From contig JBNZDD010013730.1 in the NCBI GenBank assembly GCA_050575255.1, positions 6,044,543 to 6,108,542 on the forward strand: DNA of 64,000 nucleotides. The letters run 5' to 3'. Shown one piece after another: positions 11,939 through 24,977 of the stretch. The position numbers and the translations under genes are program-made. This DNA is from Harriotta raleighana (Eukaryota). The notes under the pieces were generated by a model, which was given only the letters and a program-made list of their open reading frames with translations, searched no databases and was not told where the DNA came from. Positions within the stretch are counted from its first letter, which is position 1, and each line of letters begins with the position of its first letter.

Positions 11939-12884
11939 ATTATATTAACCATGGAATAGCTGTTCCAGCACTTCCACAACCACACAGCTGACCTTCAATT
12001 GATAAAATACACATTCGAGTGTATAGACAAAGACAATGTCTTTTGTCAGGCTTGTTTCCAGATCTCGCTGAATCTTCAAGTATTCTAAATTTTCTTTGCA
12101 AATATGCATGAAGCATCTAAGCTTTGCAATTTCCTGCTGCTGCTTATAAAAACAGAACATTGCACAAAACACATCGCTTGGATTTTTCTCCCATCTCTGC
12201 TGAACTCTATTAGTCCTCTAATAGATGACTATTAGGGGTGGCTTGAAGTTTTTCTAACACTCTTCTATGTACAGTAGCAACAAATATTATAGCATATCCT
12301 GCAGAAAAAACAATGTTATCTAGCAGTGTCAGAATATGTTACGCAGACATCAATCGAGGAAGCAGACTGTTTACTTCATCAAAACTCGATTGTGTATCTT
12401 CTGTTCTTTATCAGATGCAGTATTTCTGTCCATTGACTTTTGTTAATATAATATTCAATTCACTTTGCTGTCTTCTCTTTTCGGTTCTTGATTCTTCTTC
12501 AGTTTACATCTTTGTCACATCTCCACCATTAAATCCTTGATATGGACCAACTAAACACATTCTTTATTCATGTGGCGCTTGTGGCCAGTTTACATGCTTA
12601 AACTCAGTATTTAATCTATAAATGTGTCTTTGTTTTATTTATATCCTGTTGTAATCTCTGAATAATACGTATAAATGTACTAAGAGTAAAGGTCATTCAG
12701 CCCTTCAGCTCACTTCAAAGTTTAGGTCTATATTCTTGACCTGTACAGGTTATTTTTACCTCCCTTTGTTTGATCTTCAGCCAGAATCATTGCATTTACT
12801 CTTCAATCAGTAAAGGGTCCATTGTTTTCTGAATGTTTAAACTCAGTTACAATTGACTGTGTATGGTAGATGTTTTCATCTCTC

Positions 12885-13122
12885 ATTGTCTAATTATGTT
12901 ATGATGTTCTTACTGAAAATTGGAGCAACAGCAGAGTCAATGAACTTTAAGCTTGTTCTATTTGAGGTGCTTTGACAAAATGGGGATGCTGAAGAATAAA
13001 ATCANATTGTCTAATTATGTTATGATGTTCTTACTGAAAATTGGAGCAACAGCAGTCAATGAACTTTAAGCTTGTACTATTTGAGGTGCTTTGACAAAAT
13101 GGGGATGCTGAAGAATAAAATC
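12885..13122. repeat. About 120-bp direct duplication across single N (13005); probable assembly overlap
   Basis: 12885-13004 matches 13006-13122 with one 2-bp indel and a substitution. Confidence 0.9.
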
Positions 13123-13208
13123 CATATAATTTGTGTAAACACACACCTATATGAAGCACCATTCTGATTATACATGTTCTTGACTGTGAACTTTATAGGC
13201 AAACAAGA

Positions 13209-13360
13209 CAGCCAATTTCAGCACAGCAATGTCCTACAATTAGCCATGAAGTGAATGACTAATTTGTCTGGGGGATTTGGGGCCACAGACCAGAAAAACT
13301 TCCTTCGCTTGTCAAATAGAGCCACGGGACCTTTAACATCTACCCGAAAAGGCAGACAAA
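13209..13360 (-). mobile_element. Old Deu-domain SINE fragment
   Basis: CAGCCAATTTCAGCACAGCAA and AAATAGAGCCACGGGACCTTTAACATCTACC are reverse complements of motifs in 5002-5330. Confidence 0.65.
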
Positions 13361-15452
13361 ACATTAGCCTTCACTTTTGTAATAATAATGGTAGGTCAGC
13401 ATCCAGGATAGATTCATTATAGACCGAGACGGGGCACTATAAAAGTGGTCCCATGACTTGCTCATGTTTTAACTTTCATGAATTTTCAAAATAAGTTATC
13501 TAATATCAACAGGTACCCTAGGGAAAATATGTTTGTATGCGGTTACAAAATGAGAAACAAAAAAGGTAATAATCCAAATCACCAAGCAAGTTGTGAGACA
13601 GAAGATATACAGCTTGATAGACAGAATGAATACAAATTGTGGTATCCTATTAAAAGTATTTCCTCTGGAGATTCTGAAAAGGAGTATTGTAATTTGTGTC
13701 CTTCAATCGTCCCTTGTTACTGTGAATTATAGTTTAAAACGGAATAAATGTTACTTGTAAATAAATACACCACAACTTCAACACAACTTTCATGTGGCTT
13801 TAGTATCTCAGAAAGTATGATAGCCGATCAGTGCTTCTTAGTGTTGTTTAAGGCTTGTGGGCATGGAATTAAAAATAAAACAAAGATGTACAAGAAAAAA
13901 AAACAGAAATACAAGCAAATAATCCACAGGGAACGTCTGGTTATGATCTTGGGGCGTTGTATGATCCCTAAAATCTCTTTGTGGGAATACATTTTAATCT
14001 TGCTTGAACTTTGACAGAAGCACGATGCAAAATTCTAGTCAAACAACATCCATTGAAGGCACCAGATGTTACTATTAAGGACAAGAAAGCTTTCCTGCAA
14101 TTTACACAAATTTTAAGACCAGTTCTTGGCAAAAATTCAAGTGATTTTAAAGTATTTATAAAAGCATCTAGTCAAACTGAAATGAAACTTGTTTTTTTTT
14201 ATTAACTTTGTGTATGTGTTGCACCCTATTCTACAATATTTTTTAATGAAACCCCTGTAAGTCACATGAATGCATAAATCAGTCTCCATTCTAAAAGACG
14301 CAAAAACATGCATGAAGATTTGATTTATATAAACCAGATTTTACTGTAATTCACATGCCCACGGGCTGAAAACAGATGCAGCACTGAACAGAGAATCTCT
14401 CTTTCTCTCTTTCATACTCGGGGGAAATGGTACAAATGTGGCTGATATTGACAACAGGAGAAAAAGAACTGAAGAGAAACAGCTTGGAGGCATTATATCG
14501 GGAATGAAAAAGAGGAAGCTTATGGGATTGCATGATGCAATGTGCTCTTAAAGGATTAAGTGTCCTGAAAATTTCTCCTGTGGGCTATACTGGATTATAA
14601 GCAGATATCTTATGACTGTCTAGAAACCAATGGACACACTGACCATAACAGTTGGAAAATGTCTGCATACAATGGCACACATTTTAAAACCTAAGTGTGG
14701 TTATAAAGTACAGAAGAATGAATAAAATACAATTCACTGCTCATACTGAGCAAGAGAAATAAATTAACTTCATATTAGCGCTCCAAGCAATTTTACCCAT
14801 GGGATGCAGAACTTGCATAATGATGGGAGTAAAATAGCTGTAGAGAAGACCATGGCAGTGTGCTGATATCATGTGTGACAGGGGAAAGGTTATGTTGTAT
14901 CAAATGTTTTCTTGCATCTTAGAGGGAAAATTCAAACAATTACTCTGCATTGATATTGGCATCAACTTCTGCTTTTAATCTGACCTCAACCTCTCTCCTG
15001 CCACCTAATGGTACAGTTCAGTTAAAATACACAACTGATTGGTCTTTATGAGCCCAGATCTAAACAACGATTTTCAAGCAATATTTAAGCACTGCATATT
15101 AACACAGAATCTTCCTTTTGAGAAGAGTCTTTGGTCTTTAAGGTACACTCTGAGACGACTGAAAAATCAGAACTGCAATTACGCTATCACATTCCCGTTG
15201 CTCAACATTAAAGAAACCGCAGACAAATTAAGTCACTCAATTAAACGCCATTATTACATTCACCCAATAATATACCTTTATGTCTCTCACAGAAGCTGTC
15301 TCGACTAAATATTTAGCAAATTATGTATGCCTTTGAATAGATGGCCTACTCCTGTTCCTATGTTTCTAAGAATGCCAATATCATTCCAGGAAAAAAAACA
15401 ATTCACCAGTTTACAGCACACACGTCAAAACGACCCATCTAAAGTGCCCGAA

Positions 15453-15655
15453 TTAGCAACAACAATGGTAGGTAGGAGGGCGACCGAAGGCACGTTTGAA
15501 GAGGAGGGTCTTGAGACCAGCCTTGAAGGAGGGAGCAAGTGGGATGCAGTTCCAAAGTGTAGGGGCAGCAAGGCTGAAGGTCCAGCCATTGATGGTAGGG
15601 CAGATCAGGGGAGGCATAGTCGAGTTGCCGTAGTCGAGCTTAGAGGTGACATGTG
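15453..15655 (-). mobile_element. Internally deleted L2 3' fragment
   Basis: ORF 15453-15659 has SKLDYGNS joined almost directly to PTINGWTFSLAAPTLWN...[11 protein letters not shown], homologous to the 33200-33808 peptide. Confidence 0.8.
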
Positions 15656-16839
15656 TCATTGTTAAAAACTACTGTTTGCAAACAGCAGAGCTCCTGCTCT
15701 GCGTGGCTTATAAAAAGAGTGATAAAGAAAACAGTTTAACATTGGTCTGGGAAGTGACTGATGAAAGAGAGAATGAGATTTGATGTCAGCTGATTTATGA
15801 TTTACAATCAATGAATTAATAACCTAACATAACAGATTCTATTTATTTTCTTTATAATGTGCTGCTTTAGATGCCATGATTTAATACTGCTTTAAAAAAG
15901 AACCGCTCTCCTTCCTTGTAGTTATATAGAATTCTTCATATAATAACTTTTAGGAGCGCTTCACAGAGATGGGATGCTGTAGAAATGAAAGTTGTGGTTA
16001 TTGTACCAAATGTACTGATATGATGCCTTCTCCTGGTTGTATTTTACGTATGTAAAAATGGCAGGCCCTGTAAAAGCACACAGTGTAAAAATACAGTATA
16101 AGTTTGCATTTTGCAAAAACGTGGTGACAGATTTCAGCCATCACCAGTTCCTGAGAAAATTGAAATGTAAATAATCACAGGCAAACATTTTTGTTGGGTG
16201 TTATTAAAACCGCTCCTTCCACATATTGAATCTGAGGTGGCTCGTTTACAAGAGAGTGACCCTGGATTATTTAGCAAAGTGCCCAATTTCAGTGATGAAA
16301 ACTTGAAGTCAAACACACTGATTTAAAAGTGGAATATGTGACTTTAGTGAAGCAGGAGATTGATACCCCTGTTGGCACTGGGGATAAATAAAACGTTTAA
16401 ACTTCAATCAGTACACAAGCAGAGCACAATGGTTGGAATTTCATGATCCAATGAATTTAAAGAATGGATTATTTCCATACGTCATCGGACTACTCTCGTG
16501 TGGAGGATTTGGGGGATTCAGAAATAACAGCCGTACCAAAGGACTCAGGCATTTGATTAACAGACTGCCCTTCTCAAAAACCAAGTTGTCAAAAGTAGGC
16601 TCCCAGGTGAATTGTGCCAGATCTGAGCCTTTATCTAGGATAACAAATCTGCGCTGTGTGAAAGTGTTAGAAGTTAGTCAACCCTTAGTTCTAACAATTT
16701 AGGAAATTAGATTTTTCTCACCAGGTCTAGTTTTCTGAGAATCCTAGTAATTTCTTCTGCCTGGCTGTGAAAAATCCGTGAAACACCAGCAAGTGAAAAT
16801 ATATATCTAACCACCACTATACACACACAAGCATATTGG

Positions 16840-17075
16840 ATGACAACAAATGACACTTGTATAGCGCTATTCGCATTGGAAAGGTGTCCCAGGGTGCTAG
16901 ACAGTCAGAGGTTTTTGGACCCGAGCTGGGATCAAGAGAGTTGGAGGCATGGTCAAAGAGCAAGGTCTTTGGATGGGACTTGAAGGAGAAATGAGAGGGG
17001 GTGAGCAGAGGAATTACAAGAAAAAGTTCCATAGTGTGGGGAGAGACGCTGAAGAAGAGGACTATTGCCATATCT
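16840..17075 (-). mobile_element. L2 3' fragment
   Basis: Degenerate SFKSHPKTLLFDHA peptide, then 3' UTR and hairpin remnant (ATAGCGCTATTCGCATTGGAAAGGTGTCCCAGGGTGCT). Confidence 0.75.
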
Positions 17076-20039
17076 CCCAATTCATCAGCAAAAAATCATT
17101 AGATTTTTTTTGGTGGGGTGGGGTTTTGTTGAGTCATGAAATCTATTGGTGGGTAATTCTCATCTGCCAAAGATTCTTTCAAAATGTATTCGGATAAATG
17201 TTTTATTCATATGGTTGCACTCTAATGCCACTCGGGGAATCATTCAAAATATTTTGCATGCTCACAGGTTGCTTAGTGTAGCATATGGTTAATTGCCATG
17301 GCATATATGCCAGGTTTGCTACCTTGTCTGAGCTCCATCCTACTTGCAAATATAAATAACTCAGAATGCAAAGTCTCATTGCTTTGAGATCCTTCAAGAA
17401 CAGGAAGGCAAGCAACACTGAATTTGATCCCATTAATATGCTGGCTTGCAACTGATGCCACAAATGTCTGAACAATTGAGGGAGGAATCAGTCACCAGAG
17501 TAAGAGATGAATCTGGGGTTTGCAGCTACAATCCACTTAACTCATTTTTCTCCTGACATCACCATTTGAGAGCAATTGACTTTTGGACATTCTTGATCTG
17601 TTGGGATAACTAGACAGGGAACTGGGGACCATTATTCAAGAAGATTTAGTTGTGAAAACCTAAAGGAATAACAATGAGAGCCTCAAAGAGAATGTTACTG
17701 CCATCAGCTTGAGACTCGCAAGTAGATACTGCAGCCCTTAAGAGGATAGGCCATAGCAGCTCTGGAGCCTGGCTCCTCAAAAACCTCTTGGGTGGTCCAG
17801 TCATATTGTTACCACCGCTGCAATGTTTAGAATGCAACCAATGCATAACTCTTCCACTCCCAATTGCTGTCCTGCCTGAAATGAGGTAACATTTTTCAGT
17901 TACCTTGATCTTCTCCTAAAGGCAAGAATCACACAAGCAATTTTGCTCAACATGCATCAATCTTTGATTTTAAGGAACTGTGACAAAGGGTAACGGGTGG
18001 GCCCAATTTCTTCTTTCAATTTATTTCGCGATCTGGAATGCACGGCATCAGAGGTAGACACTTTATGAACCTTTCATTGCTTTAGTTTCTTAATAATCAT
18101 CATTCCTTGGCTCGTGTCTATTTCAGCACAATCTGCAATGAATCACTCTGACTACAATTGCTAAGATAAACAGAATGCTATCGGGGAAGAAAGAAACATA
18201 TTAAGTTTTGTCTAACAAATGACACCGCAATAAAAGTCGTGTTGAAACTATCATTACATCAATTGTGTTGAACAATCATGATGAAAATGAGATACTTTCC
18301 TCTGCCTCTCAAACAGGGCGGATCGTTTAAAGCTAACAGAAGGGTGACAAACTGCTGCAATCCACTGGATGGACTTTCATCATTATGCACAAAAATAGAA
18401 ATAGCTATCGGATTTTGGAACTTTAATTTAATATTCTGTTTATACTGTTTAGAAGCTCAGCCGGGTCTGTCTTTACTGCGATTACTTCTATCTTCTCCTT
18501 GCTTCTATTCCTCCAATTTCCTCTTCTCCTTGAGGGCAGGAGTACAGTCTGTGTGCCTAAACCGAGTAGCCATTCTTTACGTGCACGTTGAGATGCCATG
18601 TAATGTTCAGCTTACCCATCCATGGGATGATGCCAGACTGTAAACTGGATGTAACAAGAATATGCAAATAGTCTTTCATTATTCTCCTTGATGTCCCAGC
18701 AATTTGTTGTTTCTATCTTTCGAATCTTACTTCAAATATTTTTTAGCTACTTTCATGTGGATGGCATGTTCTTATCTCGATTCTCTCTTTAAATAATTCA
18801 AAATATCTTTGCTTCTCCTTTACACTCACTTTAAATTCCCTGTTCTACCATTCAAGCTCACATACCTCCCTTCTTTCAATTTGCTGCCCTACCAGTTTAT
18901 TCTGGAAAGCTTGCACTTTTTACAACAAGATATATTTTTACTTTATTCTCTCCAATTCCTCCCCCATGGATGAAGGAGATATTTTCTCATGGATTTTCTG
19001 TTTTGAATTGCAGTGTATTCATTTTGTCAATTTAGCTCTCTCTTGTTCTCACTATAATATAGCGATGCAGTATGATTGCTGTCTCGAGTACTCTCTAACA
19101 TAAACAATACCATTCCTCATCCCAGATTTCTCCTGACTAACGATTCATTTTAATACTCTTCACCCAGGGATGTTTATATTAATATGTTCAGTCAAGGGCT
19201 AATTTCCCTTTCCTCTAGATGTGGCTCCATATTTATATACTGTACATCTAATCACTGGAGCTTGCCGCTAAATGTCAAGAAAGGATATTTTGGGAAATCA
19301 GAGTTTGAAAGAAAGGCTTGATGGTTGAAGCTCAGACAGTTGGAATTATGTATAGCAGTTACTTGGGAAAGATTTTTCAGGATTGGTATTGATTTACAAA
19401 CTACATAAAGCGTGGCAGTGATAGCGAGGAAACAGGGGTTGATCTGGTTCTAAAATAATCCTATACCTGGTGTTTCTCATGCTAAAGGGAAGAGGAAATA
19501 ATGTACATCAGCTCCCAGCTGGTATGCAGCACATTCTGTGAGAGTTCCATCATTCTTTGTGTTTTGACATAAGCACATGGAACTCAAATAAAAAAGGTTG
19601 AGAATCTTTACGTAGCACAAAGACAGATACAGCTCTACTCCGAGAGATGAGGCTATTTACTCAGTGCCCAATTTCAATATGAAAGGAATTGACACAATAT
19701 TTCCTCTAAATTTGCAGCATGAGGAAATAAAATAAGAGAATATACTGGTATATGCACCAGTTCAGATTGAAGGGAAAGTTCATATTGTCATTGATGACAA
19801 TATGTGAACTCTAAGTTTATCTGTTTTTCTTTCTTGTGTATTTGTCAGGCTGGGAAAACACCACTTATAATCTTTAAGTTACAGTTTCTATCCGAACTGA
19901 TGGCAGGAGAGGAGTTGGAATCACCACACAACATAATGAGCATCATATTTCACCAGCTGCCAAAATCAAACACATTTCTATTTAGAGTGGCGAAGAGTTT
20001 GCCTGAGATTGCATGAGATAGTGAATTTTGCCCAGTATA

Positions 20040-20175
20040 ACAACAACAAAATTACAATTGTAAAACACCTTTCACATCAGGAGGACATCCCAAGGCATTG
20101 AACAGTCAGGGATCAGGACCTGCGCAAGTGCTGGGGGCAGAGTTGGGATGAGGACGGGCGGAGAGGTAGGTGGGC
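20040..20175 (-). mobile_element. L2 3' UTR fragment
   Basis: CAACAACAAAATTAC tail followed by CACCTTTCACATCAGGAGGACATCCCAAGGCATTG. Confidence 0.8.
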
Positions 20176-20350
20176 AGCTGACATACATTGTCAGAAGCCA
20201 GTTGCGGCATTTAAATCAGTGGGAAAGTTGTTCTCTGTTTCCCCAAGTGTCTATCTGATACAGAGGCAATCCTGTCCCACAAAGGGTGGTAGTCCACAGA
20301 TCTGTTTCTTCGTCAAATAAATAGATTACTCATTTTCTAAATTATAATAG

Positions 20351-20490
20351 AATAATAATACTCCTTGCATTTGATATAATGCCTTATCACATCTTCGAGA
20401 TATCTCAAAGCGCTTCACAGAATATATTGTAAAGTGAATTGACTACCTGTATATAACTTGTGGGTGAACTGTGGCAGCTAATTAAGTACA
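20351..20490 (-). mobile_element. SINE 3' fragment
   Basis: AATAATAATACTCCTTGCATTTGATAT...CTCAAAGCGCTTCACAGAATAT is the reverse complement of the SINE tail. Confidence 0.8.
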
Positions 20491-21099
20491 AAGATTAATT
20501 ATCCCTTCTATTGAGCCTTCTTTGTCTGGATGAGAAAATTAGGTCTGCCACCCAATGTCCAAGCTATATAAAAATCATAACAGTAATCATAATTTAACAC
20601 TTCTGTGAGTGCTTGGTATTGTACCTAACATCCCCTCAACAAAACACTGAAAGGGTTGATAGGAGAATAGGCCATCTTATTATCTGGAGGATTCAATAGT
20701 TATTGGACAGCTAAGGCTGCTCCAGGCTTTCATTATACCAGATAAAACATTACAATGAAAATCTATAGTAGCTTTACTGATGATTGCAAAAATAGATGTA
20801 ACCAATATGTCTGTTAATGCACCAGTTTGGGTCAGACTACTGCAGGTACCAGACATCAGACAGAGCCCATTTGCAAAACACTATTATTGTGCAGTATCTG
20901 TGAGAATAATTCCAAATAAATGACAGACTGACAGTGTGATGTAGGGGAAATAATACAGAGATGAGAATTAATTTCATATTCCTCATATAAAAACAGGAGG
21001 TAATGAATTTAGAAAGGGGAAGAAAAGGGAACCTGAGACCTGATATGCTCAGAGTCAGGAAAAAGCAATACAGGTTAAATTTAAAAGGATTAAAGAGGA

Positions 21100-21510
21100 T
21101 CTAACTTCATTGATCAATGGTAAATTATGCTTTGCATATAGAAAAGTGAAAGCCAATTATTTTGAGCATGTCAAGAGAGCATGTAGTTTCTCAGCCTATG
21201 CATTAAAGAAAAGATGCTGCTGCTGAGGTCACCTATGTTATTAAAATATTAAAAGGGCAAATTACAACAGATCCCAGGGAGATTAACAGAGATTTCAGGG
21301 ACATTAATAAAGCTCTGATATGTGTTTGGCAAAGTAGAGTTTGGATGACTATTTGGAAATCAAATCTATGCTTCTTTGGAAGGCTACATGAAAGTAGGCA
21401 AGTGAAGGACCAACTCTTTCAAACAAGCAAGTCTTAAAGCAATTTGGTCACTTCCTGCTTGAAAAGCATCAGCCTTGGGTGAGACTATGGGTGAATTTAT
21501 TTTTTAAACC
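21100..21510 (+). mobile_element. Fossil L1-clade LINE ORF2 fragment
   Basis: Collinear decayed peptides KVKANYFEHVKRACSFSAYALKKR (from 21143), IKILKGQITTDPREINRDFRDINKAL (from 21240) and LKAIWSLPA*KASALGETMGEF (from 21433) follow the L1 motifs YEhGeK.gklLA, G.ittdp.eIn..F..fY and AIksl..gKapGpDG...EFy. Confidence 0.75.
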
Positions 21511-22450
21511 ACCTCACAGGCCCTGAAACTGCTTTGCATTTCCCAGTTAGCAAAATTGATTAATACATATAAGGGACAAGGGCAGGGTTGTTCACAAGGT
21601 GGTAAAGACATTTAAGGGTAATAAATACTACCTCCATCTTTCTTTCACAGACTCAGAGAGAAAAACCTTGTTCTAACTACGCTTCACACACAAGAAATCT
21701 GGCATTCCCAGGAGTTTTAGAATCATGTGGACTTTGTAAAAGGAAGATACATGGTTGAAAAAAATATAGATCAGCAAGGTAAAAAAGCCCTTTGGCTGTT
21801 ATTTTACAACACTGTAGATAAGAGTGGTAGAAATAAAGATGTGGGACGAGACAAATAATTGAGGAACAGATTGTTGTTGGATGTAACAAAGGACGTGAGA
21901 GAAGGCTAATTTAAATCCATTCACTTGGAGCCGAGCAAATTGCAGACAAGCGACCCATCGGAAAATAGAAACAGGCTATAATACTGCCGTGGAAGATTTA
22001 TTATTTCTTGATAGTTCCACTGTTTTCATTCTTCAATTTGACAAAGCTCGAGTGATAACATCAACCTATGCTATGGAGTAGAAGGCAACATTGGAAGGCA
22101 ACATTCGGTCTGCAGTATTTCTTTTGATGAATTTGCTGATGATATTCCGATGCGACAATCGTTTTGTTTCCAGGCCAGGCTGATTGGCAACTTTATCTCT
22201 CAGTGAAATCCAACTAAAAGAATCCATGAACAGCCTTTAGCTCCTACACAAGAGCCCTTCAGATATTGATTCCTATTTTTACACTAGGTGTGAGTTTTGT
22301 GTGAAAGAAGGCAAAACACATGAAATTACTGGGGAAATGAACATGTCTCCTCATGTTTCCTTGTTGCTCTCAGAATTAATGTCAAGAACCCCAAAACAAA
22401 TGAAATCAAAGGGCATCAATTGTTCAAAATGTGTGTTAAACCCAGCTGCA

Positions 22451-22509
22451 GCAACAAAATTACATTTGTAGAGCGCCTTTCATGTCGGGAGGACGATCCA
22501 AGGCACTGA
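22451..22509 (-). mobile_element. L2 3' hairpin-only fragment
   Basis: GCAACAAAATTACATTTGTAGAGCGCCTTTCATGTCGGGAGGACGATCCAAGGCACTG. Confidence 0.8.
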
Positions 22510-22728
22510 AAGAACCTCTATTGCATCAGTATTAATTTGTACATCTTTCTGAGTAATGTGAGTCTTGGAAATATAGCAGTTTTGTGGAATTTTTCCCACT
22601 GAAACAAGGGTGAGATGGCTTAGTATCATTCCACTAACTATTTGAGTAGATACCTAGCAAAACAAAACAGGATTCAAAAGCTATCTCACAGATGATTAAA
22701 AGAAACGTTTTCATGCAAAAAAAAACTT

Positions 22729-22880
22729 ATAATAATAATCTTTGCATTTGATGCAGCATTTTTCACGTTTTCTAAACGTCTCAAAGCGCTTCACAGAATA
22801 TACTGTAATGTGAATTTACTGTATATTTGTGGGCGAAACAGGGCAGTGTCCCACAGTCGTGGATTGAAATGATGAATTTA
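22729..22880 (-). mobile_element. SINE 3' half
   Basis: Reverse complement of the SINE tail, hairpin and TATATTTGTGGGCGAAAC core. Confidence 0.85.
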
Positions 22881-24537
22881 TTATAGATACAAGATATAAC
22901 TTATAGCCCTCCACTTGGGAGCCCTCCACACAATAGTACAAAAAAAGTGGCGGGTTTTTTACACCGAGTCCTTAACAATTTAAAATGAATTGGATAAAGA
23001 TTTAAGGAAGAGCCATATAAAAGGGTACAAAGCAAAGAATTTTGGTTGGAGCAGTTCACTCCGGTAGCTGAGCTGGGACCAATGGTTAGATTGCCAGGTA
23101 ATATATTTTGGTCAGTTCTATGAAATCAGTTGAAAGCATATTGTTTTATTTAATTCATAAAATAACTCATAAAATAAATTGTAGATTATATTTTTCAAAA
23201 AATCAGAGGATAGATACATTGGATACTAAAAGCACTCAAAATATAGAACATAAATTAATAGTTTTTCCTGTTTTGTGAAAATGGAGAACTGGAGTTCATG
23301 TTCAGCAAGTTATGTCTGAAAATCAGTATGATGGAAGAAAGAAATGCAAAAGGAGGCAAAATAAACGAGTCCACTTCATATTTTAGAAAGTATTTATCAA
23401 AGATATAGCAGATAAAAAAGTATTCTGAGATGGCCCATTACAAATTCTTTGGACACATAGCAACTGCTCAAGCATTCACAAGTGTTAATAATGATTTGTT
23501 TTAATAATGAAGATTCAAAATGTAATGCTGGTAAGCAATTCTAACATAATATCAAGGAAATTTTTAGTCATAATGAACCCCCAAAGCTCAGTATATTGAA
23601 ATCTTTTCAATGTGATAACACTCAATTATAATGTAACTCAATTCCGTCAGTAAGATAATCCAAACAATTCAAAGAGTTTAATGGACAAGAATCATAATAT
23701 GAAGCCACTGCTAAATCTTTCTCCCAATGTCATGGAATGCATTTTAAAGACTTGCCACTGGAGTTAAAAAAAACTAATCGTTTGCAAACACATGAAGGAT
23801 TTACAGCTGAAAATATAAATGCTAAAATCCCACTGTTACCTTTATGTACAGCATTTCATAGAAAATAGTTTACATTGATAAACTGTCAGCAGCCTGGGTG
23901 CAGTCCGGAAAAAAATTGGACACTTTTCACAAATTAAATAGCAAAATCTGTAATAAAAAGCAATGCAGTGCAGCAACCAGCAAAGTAAACTGCAGACACT
24001 GTAGAAAATTGTGCAGTAAATGCTTTTTTCATTGCCTGTTTTCATATTAAGGTTTCAAACATAAAACTAAATTGTTCAGTTTAGAGCCGATGGAAAATAA
24101 AACGGCCTCCTTAGCACACTACTGTGCTCAGGTTGCTTCCTAATTACTTTCTAATACAATTTATATTTATGTAGCACCTTTCACATTGGGAGGCTGCCTC
24201 AAAGTGTTTCACACAGTTGGCTGGAAACTCAAGCCGCGGGTGGGGGTGGGGGAGGGAAGGGAGAAGGAATGGCCTGCTTTAGTTTCTGATGTCATTTTCC
24301 AAGACATCAAAATAACCCCTTTCAAAAGAGAGTTTGACTACTCAGGGAGAAGAAGATATCCTGCAATTTTTTATTTTAAATTTAAACTAAAATCCTAAAA
24401 AGATTAACCACAAGTACAAGAGTATGCTTGTTACATTGGCAGACGGCTGTTGCCCATGGAAGGATCTCAATTTGGTTTCAACCAGACCTGACAGGTCTAC
24501 TTTAAGAGGCCTGTGAGATATTTGTAGCAATATCATA

Positions 24538-24756
24538 AATAATAATAATCCTTACATTTATTATAGTATTCAAAGCACTTCACAGAATATACTGTGGCAG
24601 CCAATTGTGCACAGCAGAGTCCCACAAACAGTCATGGATTGAAATGACTAATTTTTATTCTTTTGTTTGAGGGATTATTATTAGGCGTATGGAATATGGA
24701 AACTTGCCCAAGGTTTCACCCTGTCTGGAACTGAACTAACTGAGCTACAGGACTCC
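24538..24756 (-). mobile_element. tRNA-derived SINE with internal deletions
   Basis: Ends in AACTGAGCTACAGGACTCC (reverse complement of the head at 905); core and tail present. Confidence 0.88.
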
Positions 24757-24906
24757 AAAAAACGAGTATCTTGTAGCACGTAATAAAATCCTTCTAATTT
24801 TTCAGGATTTTAACGCAGTTAATCAAGTTTTTCCTCAAACAAATAGCAACATTTATTTGACTAGTTTCTTCCCACAAAATATAGTCAGTTAACTTTGCAT
24901 TATATT

Positions 24907-24977
24907 CTTTGAGACGTCTCAAAGGCATGATAAGGCGCTATATTAAAGGCGAGGATTATGATTATTATTATTATTAC
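24907..24977 (+). mobile_element. SINE 3' hairpin-only fragment
   Basis: CTTTGAGACGTCTCAAAGGCATGATAAGGCGCTATA followed by (TTA)n. Confidence 0.7.
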
